Part shown: positions 1 through 10,147 of the stretch, one piece after another
Layout: the number at the start of each line of letters is the position of its first letter
How positions within the stretch are numbered: the stretch's first letter is position 1
Source of the DNA: Candidatus Poribacteria bacterium
Lineage (GTDB): Bacteria > Poribacteria > WGA-4E > JAJDTR01
Assembly: GCA_965222225.1 (NCBI GenBank)
Contig: CBDCTK010000002.1
Span: forward strand, 704,001 to 768,000
Direction: 5' to 3'
Length of the DNA: 64,000 bases
Notes under the pieces: model-generated
What the model was told of the DNA's origin: nothing
Seen by the model: only the letters and a program-made list of their open reading frames with translations
Databases searched by the model: none
Translations under genes and position numbers: made by a program

Positions 1-2160
1 AAGGGCGTTCAGTTTTTCATCGGCGGCGGCATCCCAGTCGCCGTAGGACTGTAATACTTCGATGAGGCGGTCTGCGTCGGAGGCGAGATCGTCAGAGAGG
101 GCATCTGCAAAGAGATTCGTTCGTATCCATTTGAACTTAGCGTGGTATCGCATAGTGTAAAGGTAATAGACTTCAGCGGCTCGCGCTCTGAAGTCATCCG
201 GTGACCTTAGACTAAGTTGCGCCGCCGCAGCTTCTGTTGCCGTGTCGTCGGCATCAAAGGGATTGGCGATGAAGTTAGGGGCATCGACATCTTCGTCGTG
301 GAGGCGGGCATCGAGCATCTCGGCGTCTTGCGGTCCGATGGGCAGGGGTTCGTCGTTTTCCAGGGCGTAGAGGAAGACATGGTTTCGCAACACGTGGCGT
401 TCGACGGATTGAATGAACGCCGCCCCGCTGCTTTCCAGGCGCTTGAAGAGATTGGATCGGCAGAAGCCGATGAGGCGCTTCCCAGCGCGGGAGAGGTCTT
501 CCAACTGCTTAGTCTCGGCACTGGTGGGCGGTTTTGGCGGCGACTCGCTGATGTAGTTCGCCAATCCGTATCGGGGCAGTTTCAGGTTATCAATAATGTC
601 AACGACAGGTTCAGAATATAGTTGAGCGTATTGGTCATTCGGGTTTTGATCGTCGATTGTAAACTTCACGGTTTTCGGAGTGCGTACCGGAAAATAGGAA
701 CGGCTGCCGTCCGGGAAGGTAAGGAATCTGCGTCCTGATTCGGGATCTGTTTCGGCGTAGTTATCGGAGATGAAGCTACGGGTGCGGCGGACAAGGAAGA
801 GGCGCATCAGCTCGCGCCAATCGTCAATGTATTCACTTTGTTCAAAGGCTGGGAGGGTTCGGGGACCGCTTTGGTGTTTGCGAATAAACTCGGTTTCGCC
901 GCCCAAAGATTTGAAATACCGGTCAGGTCGAATTCCGAGGTCTCTATCCTCCTCTACAAACAGGCGCAACTGGTTGGAGAGATCGACGTAGTTCTTGTTG
1001 TACGGAGTGGCGGAGAGGAGAATGACCTTGCTTTCATTCTGTTGAATGTATTCCTGAATGGCGCGATAGCGTTGACCCTCGCGGTTTCTGAGGTTGTGAC
1101 TTTCATCAATCATCACAAGGCGATAGCGGCGAAGGTCTGGCAACTTATCGGTTACCCGGCTCAATGAAAGGACGATGCCGCGCAAGCCGTAGTCTTGGCG
1201 ATACTCCTCCCACATTTCGACCAGATTCTTGGGGCAGATGATAAGGGTTTCCAAGCCGTAATCGTCCTCAAGGATTCGAGCTAGCGCGGTTCCCATCAGG
1301 GTTTTGCCCAAGCCGACAACGTCGCCGATCATGACTCCGCCACGTTTATTGACGTGGTGGGCGGCGATTTTGACAGCGGCGGTTTGGAATTCGAACAGTT
1401 TTCCCTCAAAAATGCGTGGAATCCGAAACTCATTCAGTCCGGCGCGGGCTTCGCGCGACAGGTGATACGCCATCTTGATGTAGATATGATATGGGGGGAT
1501 ACGTTCTTCACGCGCCCAACTCTCCTCAATTATCTGGGCTAGTTCTTTAGAGATATCTATACACCAGCGTTCGGTCCATCGATCCTCAAACCAGGCTTCC
1601 AACTTTTGGCAGGCGTCTTCGTCTAGGACATCTATGTTGAGTTCTCCTTGCTTGGACAGTCCTGCCAAGGTCAGGTTGCTGCTGCCAAGGTAGCCTACAA
1701 TGGGATTGATTGCGTCGGAACGGTAAATCAGGTAGAGTTTTGCGTGGAGCGGATGGCTCAGGAAAAGTTTGACTCTAACCTTTTCGTCTCGAAGCTGATG
1801 GGCGAGTTGGCGCAAGCCATCTTCGTCTTCCCGCGTGGGGTAGCCGATGGTTAGCTGTTCGCGAAACTTCTCGGCTAAGTCCCGTTTGAGACGCAACGCG
1901 GTCTGGTTGTCGATGCCATCGTCGTGTTTGCCGATGCGCATGGCTAGACGCAGTTCTTCTTCGGGCAACCGGTGCATTCCGACTAGCAGGCGGCAGCATT
2001 CGGCTTCGCCGCCGCGCCAAGCTTCGATCTGGGGAGCGATTGCCTTCCAGCCACGGAGATTGAGATACCCGACGCAGAAGTCGGCGCGATCGGCGAGTTT
2101 GAGGGTTTCCTTTAGCGCGGGAAGAAGTTGCTGATCTATGTTGTCGAATATTCGAGGCAT
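1..2160 (-). CDS. PLD(HKD)-domain nuclease fused to SNF2-like SF2 helicase (restriction/defence-type), 3' end beyond window start
   Basis: Not in the ORF track because it runs off the edge. Hand translation from ATG at 2160 gives MPRIFDNIDQQLLPALKETL..., with PLD motifs LHAKLY and GSSNLT, Walker A GDVVGLGKT, motif II MIDESHN and motif III LLSATP; frame stays open to base 1 (...DEKLNAL). Confidence 0.88.
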   Translation of the reverse strand, partial: MPRIFDNIDQQLLPALKETLKLADRADFCVGYLNLRGWKAIAPQIEAWRGGEAECCRLLVGMHRLPEEELRLAMRIGKHDDGIDNQTALRLKRDLAEKFREQLTIGYPTREDEDGLRQLAHQLRDEKVRVKLFLSHPLHAKLYLIYRSDAINPIVGYLGSSNLTLAGLSKQGELNIDVLDEDACQKLEAWFEDRWTERWCIDISKELAQIIEESWAREERIPPYHIYIKMAYHLSREARAGLNEFRIPRIFEGKLFEFQTAAVKIAAHHVNKRGGVMIGDVVGLGKTLMGTALARILEDDYGLETLIICPKNLVEMWEEYRQDYGLRGIVLSLSRVTDKLPDLRRYRLVMIDESHNLRNREGQRYRAIQEYIQQNESKVILLSATPYNKNYVDLSNQLRLFVEEDRDLGIRPDRYFKSLGGETEFIRKHQSGPRTLPAFEQSEYIDDWRELMRLFLVRRTRSFISDNYAETDPESGRRFLTFPDGSRSYFPVRTPKTVKFTIDDQNPNDQYAQLYSEPVVDIIDNLKLPRYGLANYISESPPKPPTSAETKQLEDLSRAGKRLIGFCRSNLFKRLESSGAAFIQSVERHVLRNHVFLYALENDEPLPIGPQDAEMLDARLHDEDVDAPNFIANPFDADDTATEAAAAQLSLRSPDDFRARAAEVYYLYTMRYHAKFKWIRTNLFADALSDDLASDADRLIEVLQSYGDWDAAADEKLNAL

Positions 2161-2345
2161 AGGGCGGTGGGCAGTGGTTAGTGGATGTTAAGTGCGGCAC
2201 TCCGAGTACTGAATCTCGCCCTGGAGTATGCAATGCACCGCGATTGACGGGTTTGATAAAGAGTTCTAGATGCGTCACTCCAGCGGAACAGTTCGTGTCC
2301 GCGTGTGGGATTATTCTGAAGATTGCCTAACGATGGGGCGGTGTA

Positions 2346-3764
2346 TCAGGGCAAGGTTCCCTCATCGTCAATTGACTGAAGTTCAGAATTGCCGTTGGTA
2401 AGACCGAGCCGCACGGAGGCTTCGTCAGGCGACAGTTCCTCGACTGTTTGTAATTGGCGTTCCATTGCCCGCGTGCGAGTTCGTGTCTGATCAATGGTGT
2501 TGGAGGCTGTATTGAGTTGCTGTTTCAGTTTCGCCATAACGTCGCCAAACTTGCCGAACTCTGTCTTTACAGCGGCGAGGATTTCCCAGACCTCGCTTGA
2601 GCGCTTCTGAATTGCGAGGGTTCTGAATCCGATTCGGAGGCCGCTCAAAATAGCGGCAAGCGTTGTAGGTCCGGCAACGACAATTCGGTGCTGATGAAGC
2701 AGATGCGCGGAACTTCCCGGCGCTCGCAGCACCTCGGCGTAGAGTCCTTCAGTGGGGAGGAACATGATAGCAAAATCTGTGGTGTTGGGTGGCGCAATGT
2801 ACTTATCGCAGATATTCTTGGCTTGTCGCTCTACGGCAGCGAGAAAGGTTGCGACCACTCTATCCACTTCGTCTTTGTCAGCCGCCTCCGCGGCCTCAAT
2901 CAACTTTTCGTAATCCTCAAGGGGAAACGAGGAATCGATTGGCAGCCAGACGCAGGAATTGGGCTCATTGTCATTTCCAGGCAGCCTTACGGCATACTCG
3001 ACAAGGTGGTGCGAGCCAGGATCAGGCTGTACGTTGGCGCTGTATTGGTCTGGCGCAAGGATTTCTTCAAGGAGCGCGCCGAGCTGAACTTCGCCCCATG
3101 TGCCTCTAGACTTTACATTAGTGAGGACGCGTTTGAGATCGCCTACCCCGGTAGCGAGTTGCTGCATTTCTCCGAGGCCGCGATGGACTTCTTCGAGACG
3201 CTTGCTTACCTGATTGAACGATTCGCCCAGTCGTTTTTCGAGGGTTGATTGGAGTTTTTCGTCAACGGTTTCACGCATCTGGTCAAGCTTGTCCTCGTTG
3301 CTTGTTTGTATAGCTTGCAGACGCATATCGACGGCACTCCTGACATGTTCCATGCTTGTTTCGTTGGAGTGCATCAAGTCGGTAATTGCTTTGGCACCGC
3401 TGCTAAGCTGGTTAGCGACAGCATCACGTATCTTGTCGAGCCTAGCCTCCGTACTTTGCTGAAGGTCTTGGAATCTCATCCCCACGGCTGATCTCATTCC
3501 TTCAGATTGGGTGGTGAGAAGTTTGCCAAATTCCCCTATGTTTGCTGTCATGGTATTGGTGGTTGACTGATGCGCATTCTGTATATCTTCTCGAATCTCG
3601 CGTTGAGAATTGGATAGTTCCTTGCTGAACGAATGCAAGCCATCTTGACCCGCCGTGCCCTCTAATTTGTTGCGGGAAAACACGATTTGCTTCAACACTA
3701 GGAGCATTAACACAAAATTCAGCGCCAACAGGGCTGCGACACACCATAGTACTATTTCAATCAT
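2346..3764 (-). CDS. rmuC: RmuC-family DNA recombination protein, paralog 1 (nuclease motif reads IDSSFP)
   Basis: N-terminal TM helix, coiled coil, K-x-RGTWGEVQL, DFAIMFLPTEGLYAE and GPTTLAA motifs of RmuC. Confidence 0.92.
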   Translation of the reverse strand: MIEIVLWCVAALLALNFVLMLLVLKQIVFSRNKLEGTAGQDGLHSFSKELSNSQREIREDIQNAHQSTTNTMTANIGEFGKLLTTQSEGMRSAVGMRFQDLQQSTEARLDKIRDAVANQLSSGAKAITDLMHSNETSMEHVRSAVDMRLQAIQTSNEDKLDQMRETVDEKLQSTLEKRLGESFNQVSKRLEEVHRGLGEMQQLATGVGDLKRVLTNVKSRGTWGEVQLGALLEEILAPDQYSANVQPDPGSHHLVEYAVRLPGNDNEPNSCVWLPIDSSFPLEDYEKLIEAAEAADKDEVDRVVATFLAAVERQAKNICDKYIAPPNTTDFAIMFLPTEGLYAEVLRAPGSSAHLLHQHRIVVAGPTTLAAILSGLRIGFRTLAIQKRSSEVWEILAAVKTEFGKFGDVMAKLKQQLNTASNTIDQTRTRTRAMERQLQTVEELSPDEASVRLGLTNGNSELQSIDDEGTLP

Positions 3765-4404
3765 TTCTCATTGTCTCCGATCATGGTTTAAGAGTTTGTA
3801 TGAGTAATATAGGACTCACGCAGTTGCCCCTGAAAGCCTTATATTTCAGCGGTTTATCGCCGGGACGCAGATTCCTAGCAGGAGGGGAAATCGGCGATTT
3901 GATGATCGTCGATCTCGATAAATCGGACAACTACAAGCTGGGTAGCGTCACAATTTAGTGTAATCGGCGCCAAATGTACAAAATTACGGGCGAAATCGAC
4001 GGCACATCGAAAAATGTCATGCTCCTGTCATGCACTGAAAACTCGGTGGTAAACTGGCATTGCTCCGATACACCCCATAAAGTTGTATGATAGGATTTTC
4101 CTTGAGTGGCGGGTGATTTCGCCACTCCACACTTCAGTGCAGACCTACCACCGGCTGAGGTTCGTAAGAACTAATGGTTAACGATTCCTTCATGGTCATT
4201 TAAGTGAGGAACGAAACAACAATGGTGGTCCCCTATTAAAGAAAGAGTCGTCGTGGGCTAGTGTAAATCTGTGAGAATCTTCGCTATAGTCTGATGGTTG
4301 AATGGGATTTCTATGAGAATTCTATCGCGCGGGATTTGCTGCCGCACTCGCTATAAGGGATCTCGATCGCACTCACAATAGGATTTACAATCACCCTTAC
4401 TGTC

Positions 4405-4455
4405 CGTTCATGACTGTCTAAACAATGGGGGTAAGTTCACTGGGGGTAAGTTCAC
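4405..4455. mobile_element. Orphan IS3-type right terminal inverted repeat with a tandem 15-bp duplication
   Basis: ctgtctaaacaatgggggtaagttca closely matches the IS3-relic end at 34400-34425; tgggggtaagttcac occurs twice in tandem. Confidence 0.55.
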
Positions 4456-4584
4456 TTAATCCCATTTGATCGGCTTCAAGGCATAGGAAAGAACGCAATT
4501 ACGAAGGGTATCGTTACAGAAACGAGACGACCATGATGGGTTCGTCTCGCGCATCCTGTAGCAGGGGTTACATCATCAGATTGC

Positions 4585-4638
4585 GCTGATGATCGGAACT
4601 TCCCGACGCTCGCAGCACGTCGGCGTGGGTGCTTCAGT
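4585..4638 (-). pseudogene. Short degenerate rmuC fragment
   Basis: gctgatga..cggaacttcccgacgctcgcagcacgtcggcgt..cttcagt aligns with 2690-2753 of rmuC paralog 1. Confidence 0.6.
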
Positions 4639-4687
4639 AGACATCTTTGGCTCTTCAGAGTTAAGTGTGGAAAATGAAATTAGCTTA

Positions 4688-5010
4688 GGGCCTGTTTGAA
4701 TAATCGGTAGCAAAGCCATTTTGGTCAAATGAAGGAAGTTTTCTCATGTTTTTATTCTTGCCCGCTACGTACCTGTAGGATCTCTATCGCAGTCGCTTTT
4801 CGCTCCCTAGATCCCAATTCACTCACTTGATCTCCGCTGGAGTGCAGGACAAACTAACCCTATTTTTGGATCGGTACAGAGGGCAAGTGTGCAACGGTCA
4901 TTGGTCTCGCTTGGCGGTATTTCGTTGAGTGGAACGGTTTGAATAATGAAAGGCAGTCCATTTTTGGTGAGTTGAGTTTGGAGGTGGTGGGCAGTGCCCA
5001 CCCTACAAAT
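4688..5010. mobile_element. MITE-family copy A (left TIR intact, right end degenerate)
   Basis: Starts gggcctgtttgaataatcggtagcaaagccatttt like copies B and C; contains the 40-bp module and a ggtgggcagtgcccaccctac REP. Confidence 0.7.
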
Positions 5011-5013
5011 GCT

Positions 5014-6324
5014 TTAGTCATCTTCTTGATTTAGCTCAATCGCGGAGATGCCGTCGGTAAGTCCGAGCCGCGCGGTTGCTTCGTCAGGCGGTAGCTGCTC
5101 CACGGTTTGCAATTGACGCTCCATTGCCCGTGTGCGGGTTTGGGTTTGATCAATTGTGTTGGAGGCTGTATTGAGTTGCTTTTTCAATTTCGCCATAACG
5201 TCACCAAATTTGCCGAACTCTGTCTTTACGGCGGCTAGAACTTCCCAGACTTCACTTGACCGCTTCTCGATTGCAAGCGTTCGGAATCCCATGCGAAGGC
5301 TACTCAAAATAGCTGCGAGGGTGGTCGGTCCGGCGACTACAATTCGGTAGAGATGCATGAGATGAACCACTTCGCCCGGCGATCGCAATACTTCTGCGTA
5401 AAGCCCTTCCGTTGGGAGGAACATAACCGCGAAATCTGTCGTTTTTGGGGGAGCGATGTACTTTTCGCTTATGGTCTTGGCTTCATTGTGCACGGTCGCC
5501 AAGAAGGTCCCGGTCGCTTTTTCTATTTCGTCTTTGTCTGCCGCCTCGGCTGCCTGCACGAGCCTTTCGTAATCTGCAAGCGGGAACTTGGAATCGATTG
5601 GCAGCCATACGCAGGAGTTGGGGTCATCGTTATTTCCGGGAAGGCGGATGGCATACTCGACTTCCTCACGAGAATCCTCGTTTACCTGTACATTCAAGCT
5701 GTACTGGTCCGGCGTGAGAATCTCCTCAAGGAGCGCGCCAAGCTGGACTTCTCCCCATGTGCCCCGCGTTTTGACGTTGGTCAATACTCGTTTGAGATCG
5801 CCGACGCCGATTGCAAGTTCCTGCATTTCGCCAAGACCGCGTTGCACCTCTTCAAGACGCTTGCTTACCTGATTGAAGGATTCGCCAAGTCGTTTTTCGA
5901 GTGTTGATTGGAGTTTTTCATCAACCGTTTTGCGCATTTGGTCAAGTTTGTCCTCATTGCTGACCTGCATGGCTTGAAGTCGCTCATCGACCGTGATTCT
6001 GACTTTTTCCATGCGCATCTCGTTGGCTTGGGTCAGGGCGTCTATTGCCTCTGTTCCACTCTTAATTTGGCGCGCCTGCGTTTCTCCGAGTTCTCCGATA
6101 GTCTTTACTAGTGTGTTCGCCGTGGTTACTTGACTGGCTCTAATCTCATTCCTGATTTCTCGGTCCGACCTAACTACGTCGTCACGAAGGGAGCGTAATT
6201 CGTCTTGTACCGCCTGGTCCGCTTTTTCCTTTCGGAGGTCCGTCATTTGTTTGAGCGCTAGAATGATGAGCGCAAGGTTCAACAGCGACAATGCTCCCAC
6301 GCACCATATTCCTATTTGAATCAT
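5014..6324 (-). CDS. rmuC: RmuC-family DNA recombination protein, paralog 2 (canonical IDSKFP)
   Basis: Same motifs as paralog 1; long near-identical stretches such as DEKLQSTLEKRLGESFNQVSKRLEEV. Confidence 0.93.
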   Translation of the reverse strand: MIQIGIWCVGALSLLNLALIILALKQMTDLRKEKADQAVQDELRSLRDDVVRSDREIRNEIRASQVTTANTLVKTIGELGETQARQIKSGTEAIDALTQANEMRMEKVRITVDERLQAMQVSNEDKLDQMRKTVDEKLQSTLEKRLGESFNQVSKRLEEVQRGLGEMQELAIGVGDLKRVLTNVKTRGTWGEVQLGALLEEILTPDQYSLNVQVNEDSREEVEYAIRLPGNNDDPNSCVWLPIDSKFPLADYERLVQAAEAADKDEIEKATGTFLATVHNEAKTISEKYIAPPKTTDFAVMFLPTEGLYAEVLRSPGEVVHLMHLYRIVVAGPTTLAAILSSLRMGFRTLAIEKRSSEVWEVLAAVKTEFGKFGDVMAKLKKQLNTASNTIDQTQTRTRAMERQLQTVEQLPPDEATARLGLTDGISAIELNQEDD

Positions 6325-6665
6325 TTCTGTTTACCTCCGATTATGATTTGGCGAAAATAGGACTAACATAGTTTGGTTAGTAATCGTGCAATTCACTGCG
6401 CTTGTTTTGTAGCAGCGAACTTTGCTCGTAATTCTAAAACTTTGCCAAGAGGTCGCGATCGGGAGAAGATCTCTATCGCACTCGTTATTCACTCGCTTGA
6501 TCTCCTACAGTAGGACTGTCGTAACGCACTTCGCGTCGGATGGTTGTTCACCTGTCTCTACGTCGCATGTCATGTTGTTACACGCAGAAACGGGCAATAA
6601 ACTGCCCTACCACATGCGAGCAGGTGAGCGCGGCGGGTCCCCTCAAGCGGCCTGCAAGTGGCAAC

Positions 6666-7427
6666 TTACATCATCAGGTCTCCGCCGTTAATATCAATTG
6701 AGGCACCAGTGATGTATTGCGAATCGGTGACGAGAAATAAGACCAGTTGCGCAACTTCCTCCGGGGTTCCAAGCCTAGAGATTGGGAAACTCTCTTCGTA
6801 GCCCTTGATTCGCTCAGGGGTACACTCGGCGCGTACCATCTCCGTGTCAATCAGTCCCGGGCAGACGGCGTTAACCGTAATTCCGAATGGAGCCACCTCC
6901 TTCGCCATCGCCCTCGTAATACCAAGCACTCCGGCTTTCGCGGCGGTGTAGTGTATACCGCCGAGCGTGCTTACACTTCTTCCTGCGGATGAGGACATAT
7001 TGACAATTCTGCCGTATCCTTTCGCTTTCATGGTTTGAAGAACCGCCTTCGAGCAGAGGAATGTGCCATTCAGGTTAACGTCAAGCACTTGATCCCACTC
7101 CGCCTTGGTGACATAATCGATCCGAGTTGGGTATAGGATTCCGGCGTTGTTGACAAGTATGCTCACGGTACCGTAGTTGTCAATCGCATGCTCCACCATA
7201 GAGGCGACTTCATATTCCTTGGTAACGTCGGTTTTTACGGTCATCGCTCTGCCCCCGGAGCTGTTGATTTCCTCGGCGATGCGAGCTGCCTTACCCTCGA
7301 TGATGTCGCTAACGATAACCACGGCGCCTTCATGAGCAAGGCGATTCGCGGTTGCGGCGCCCATTCCTTGGCCTGCTCCGGTTACAATGGCTACTTGATT
7401 GGAAAGTTTTCCTTCCGAGTGTTCCAT
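6666..7427 (-). CDS. SDR family oxidoreductase (FabG-like)
   Basis: TGAGQGMG, NNAG and YTAAK catalytic motifs. Confidence 0.92.
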   Translation of the reverse strand: MEHSEGKLSNQVAIVTGAGQGMGAATANRLAHEGAVVIVSDIIEGKAARIAEEINSSGGRAMTVKTDVTKEYEVASMVEHAIDNYGTVSILVNNAGILYPTRIDYVTKAEWDQVLDVNLNGTFLCSKAVLQTMKAKGYGRIVNMSSSAGRSVSTLGGIHYTAAKAGVLGITRAMAKEVAPFGITVNAVCPGLIDTEMVRAECTPERIKGYEESFPISRLGTPEEVAQLVLFLVTDSQYITGASIDINGGDLMM

Positions 7428-7577
7428 ATTCTAGACTCCTGAATGATTACAGTGTTGCTAGGGAATATTGACATTTGACAATCTGAACCCATCTCCTCTC
7501 CGAGAGTCTTCGCCCTGATGCACGTCGAGGCGATTTGGTATAATCGCAAATAACCGGCGTGTTACGAGACCCTATAT

Positions 7578-7695
7578 CCTACGGGCGAGGATCAATTGAG
7601 CGAACAGCGAATGCGATAGGGATCTTACCTCGCCCTATGGGTTGGGGGGATCCCTATCGCCTTCCTTATCCAGTCAGTTGATTCCAACCCCTACG
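7578..7695. repeat. Pair of GTAG-type REP hairpins, each carrying a 40-bp module in its loop
   Basis: gggcgag[gatc...gatc]ttacctcgccc and gggttgg[ggggatccc...ttgatt]ccaacccctac. Confidence 0.65.
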
Positions 7696-7900
7696 ATATA
7701 CAATGCGTCCTCAATCGCGGCAGGGACGGAATTTCCTCGCCCGTACTCCGATGAAATGTCAACAGAGCCTAGAGACTGGTAATTCATTTTAGCAAAAATC
7801 GGGCAGGCATTCAATGTGAAAACAGGAGTCTTTTTTGTGATGATCCTGAGCGAATCGTGCTATAATAGACCGAATTTTTCGGAAGGGAGGAGGACTGGCA

Positions 7901-9457
7901 GTGAAATACGACACAATCATCGTTGGCTCCGGCTCGGCGGGGGGTATACTCGCGGCGCGGCTAACCGAGGATGCGCACCGATCAGTGCTGTTGTTAGAGG
8001 CAGGTCCTGATTTTCCCACGCTCGAACAGCTTCCCGATGAAATTCGGTTTGCATACGGTCATGACCCCAATCTCTGGGCGCGTGCGTTTGGACATGAAAC
8101 CAAATTCGGTTGGGGTTACACCGCAAAAGCCACTGCCCAGCACCCCAATATGCTCGTTCCACGAGGTAAAATAATTGGCGGATCGAGTGCGGTGAATGCG
8201 CAGATCTTTCTTCGGGGAGTTCCCGAAGATTATGATAGCTGGGCTGAAATGGGCAACGATAAGTGGAGTTACCGGGAGTTGATTCCTTACTTTCGCAAAA
8301 ACGAAGCAGATCCCGATTTTCATGATGATTTCCACGGCGCCGATGGCCCTATCCGTGTTCGTCGGTTTCGAGAAGGGGGATTTCTGCCTGAACAGCGGGC
8401 ATTCTACGACGCCTGTCGTGCTTTGGGCTACCCGGATTGTCCCGATAACAACGCTCCCGACTCAACGGGAGTTGGCGCGGTGGCGCTAAATAATGTTGAC
8501 GGCATCCGTTGGAGCACGGCAATAGGATATCTCAATCCGGCGCGCCATCGGGTGAACCTGACGATAAAAGGTAATTGCACCGTGCACCGCGTGCTTTTTG
8601 AAGGGCATCGAGCAGGCGGAGTGTCCGTCGAGAGCGGCGGGGAGATGTTCCGCGTCTATGGCGACGAGATTATCGTGTGTGCGGGAGCAATCGGCTCACC
8701 GCACCTTCTTATGCTCTCGGGGGTTGGGCCCGCCGATCACCTCCGGGAGATGCGTATACCCGTGGTGCACGACTTGCCGGGGGTCGGACAGAACCTTAGA
8801 GACCATCCACAAGTTACCATCGCGCTGAAAGCGAAAGAGGCGTATCTCACCAATGGGACCGAGCCTCGCCTGCAGATGGGGCTTCGTTACACCGCGCGCG
8901 GATCCGCCCTCCGCAACGATATGTTTATTCTGCCCGGCTCGTACGCTACCGAAGAGGGCTATTACCGCATATCAAGGTCGAAGCCGTTTGGATTTTATAT
9001 TACCGCATGCATCTATTTGGCAGTAGGCGCAGGGGAAATCACGCTCGCCTCTTCCGACCCTCACGAACAACCTGTTCTTGATTATAACTATCTGGCGGAA
9101 TCCTTTGACCGTGATCGGCTACGAGAAGCGGTTCGCATGATGGTCGAATTCGCGGAGCATGAAGCATACGAGGAGATTGTCGCCGAATGTGTAGCGCCAA
9201 CGGACGACTCTCTGATGACCGACGCCGCGCTTGACGAATGGATGATGCGTGAAGTGTGCACCAGCCATCACAGTTCGTCAACCTGCAAGATGGGGCAAGA
9301 ATTAGATCCGATGGCGGTTGTCGATCAGTACGGAAAAGTTCACGGGATTGAGGGGTTGCGAGTCGCTGACGCTTCCATCATGCCCGATTGTATTCGTGCC
9401 AACACCAATGTGACAACCATGGTCATTGGGGAACGGGTGGCTGATTTCATTCGGTAG
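7901..9457 (+). CDS. GMC family oxidoreductase (choline dehydrogenase/MftG-like)
   Basis: GSGSAG FAD motif, RGKIIGGSSAVN, VGQNLRDH, HHSSSTCKMG, GLRVADAS; RBS gggaggagg; TGnTATAAT about 40 bp upstream. Confidence 0.93.
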   Translation: MKYDTIIVGSGSAGGILAARLTEDAHRSVLLLEAGPDFPTLEQLPDEIRFAYGHDPNLWARAFGHETKFGWGYTAKATAQHPNMLVPRGKIIGGSSAVNAQIFLRGVPEDYDSWAEMGNDKWSYRELIPYFRKNEADPDFHDDFHGADGPIRVRRFREGGFLPEQRAFYDACRALGYPDCPDNNAPDSTGVGAVALNNVDGIRWSTAIGYLNPARHRVNLTIKGNCTVHRVLFEGHRAGGVSVESGGEMFRVYGDEIIVCAGAIGSPHLLMLSGVGPADHLREMRIPVVHDLPGVGQNLRDHPQVTIALKAKEAYLTNGTEPRLQMGLRYTARGSALRNDMFILPGSYATEEGYYRISRSKPFGFYITACIYLAVGAGEITLASSDPHEQPVLDYNYLAESFDRDRLREAVRMMVEFAEHEAYEEIVAECVAPTDDSLMTDAALDEWMMREVCTSHHSSSTCKMGQELDPMAVVDQYGKVHGIEGLRVADASIMPDCIRANTNVTTMVIGERVADFIR

Positions 9458-9754
9458 ACGGTGCTGAATTTCTACACAAGCGGGGATTGACGTATCGGTT
9501 GAAGGTAATACCATTTCCCCATATATCCAGTGAGTTAATAGGGTCAATCAAATCTTACCAATGCGGGGCAAGGGAATTTCTACCGTACTCGCTATCCGCT
9601 CGCTTGAGGGGATTTCTATCGCACTCGCTATCCGCTCGCTTGATCCCCGCCTGCCGGGTTTGGTTGGAGAGAAATGGTCGGTATCGGTTTGTTCATTATA
9701 GTATGATTGAAAAACATTGTACGCAATATTATCGGAACGAAACGGTATAAGTTA

Positions 9755-9985
9755 GAGCCTGTTTGAATAGTCGGCAGCCAAGCTATTTTTAGCCATTTGC
9801 AGACAAGTTTTTTCATGTTTGTGTAACTGCCCGTTAAATACCTGTCAGGATTTCTATCGCACTCACTATTCGCTCGCTTGATCCCACTCTGGGGCTTTTA
9901 GAGGCTGGTGCGCAGGGGATCTCTATCGCAGTCATTATTCATTCCTTTGATCGCACCCTACGAACTGTACTTTTCAAACAGGCTC
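9755..9985. mobile_element. MITE copy B with 13-bp TIRs GAGCCTGTTTGAA and TTA target duplication (IS5/IS1031-like ends)
   Basis: tta-GAGCCTGTTTGAA...TTCAAACAGGCTC-tta; no ORF inside; two internal 40-bp modules. Confidence 0.85.
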
Positions 9986-10147
9986 TTAGTATAAGTTAAT
10001 GGAAAACAAATGGCCGTTTGAATTTGCGGTAACTTACGGTAAAATGGGCATGTCGAGGCTGGACTTCGCGCGTGGGCCGGCATTGTGGGTGACGGGTTGA
10101 GATTCCTTTCATAGTCGAAAAAACTGTCCATTGGGGAGGAAATGTAG

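Noticed and set aside
9-2278. Many short ORFs in the track
   Set aside because: They are shadow or alternate frames of the PLD-helicase gene.
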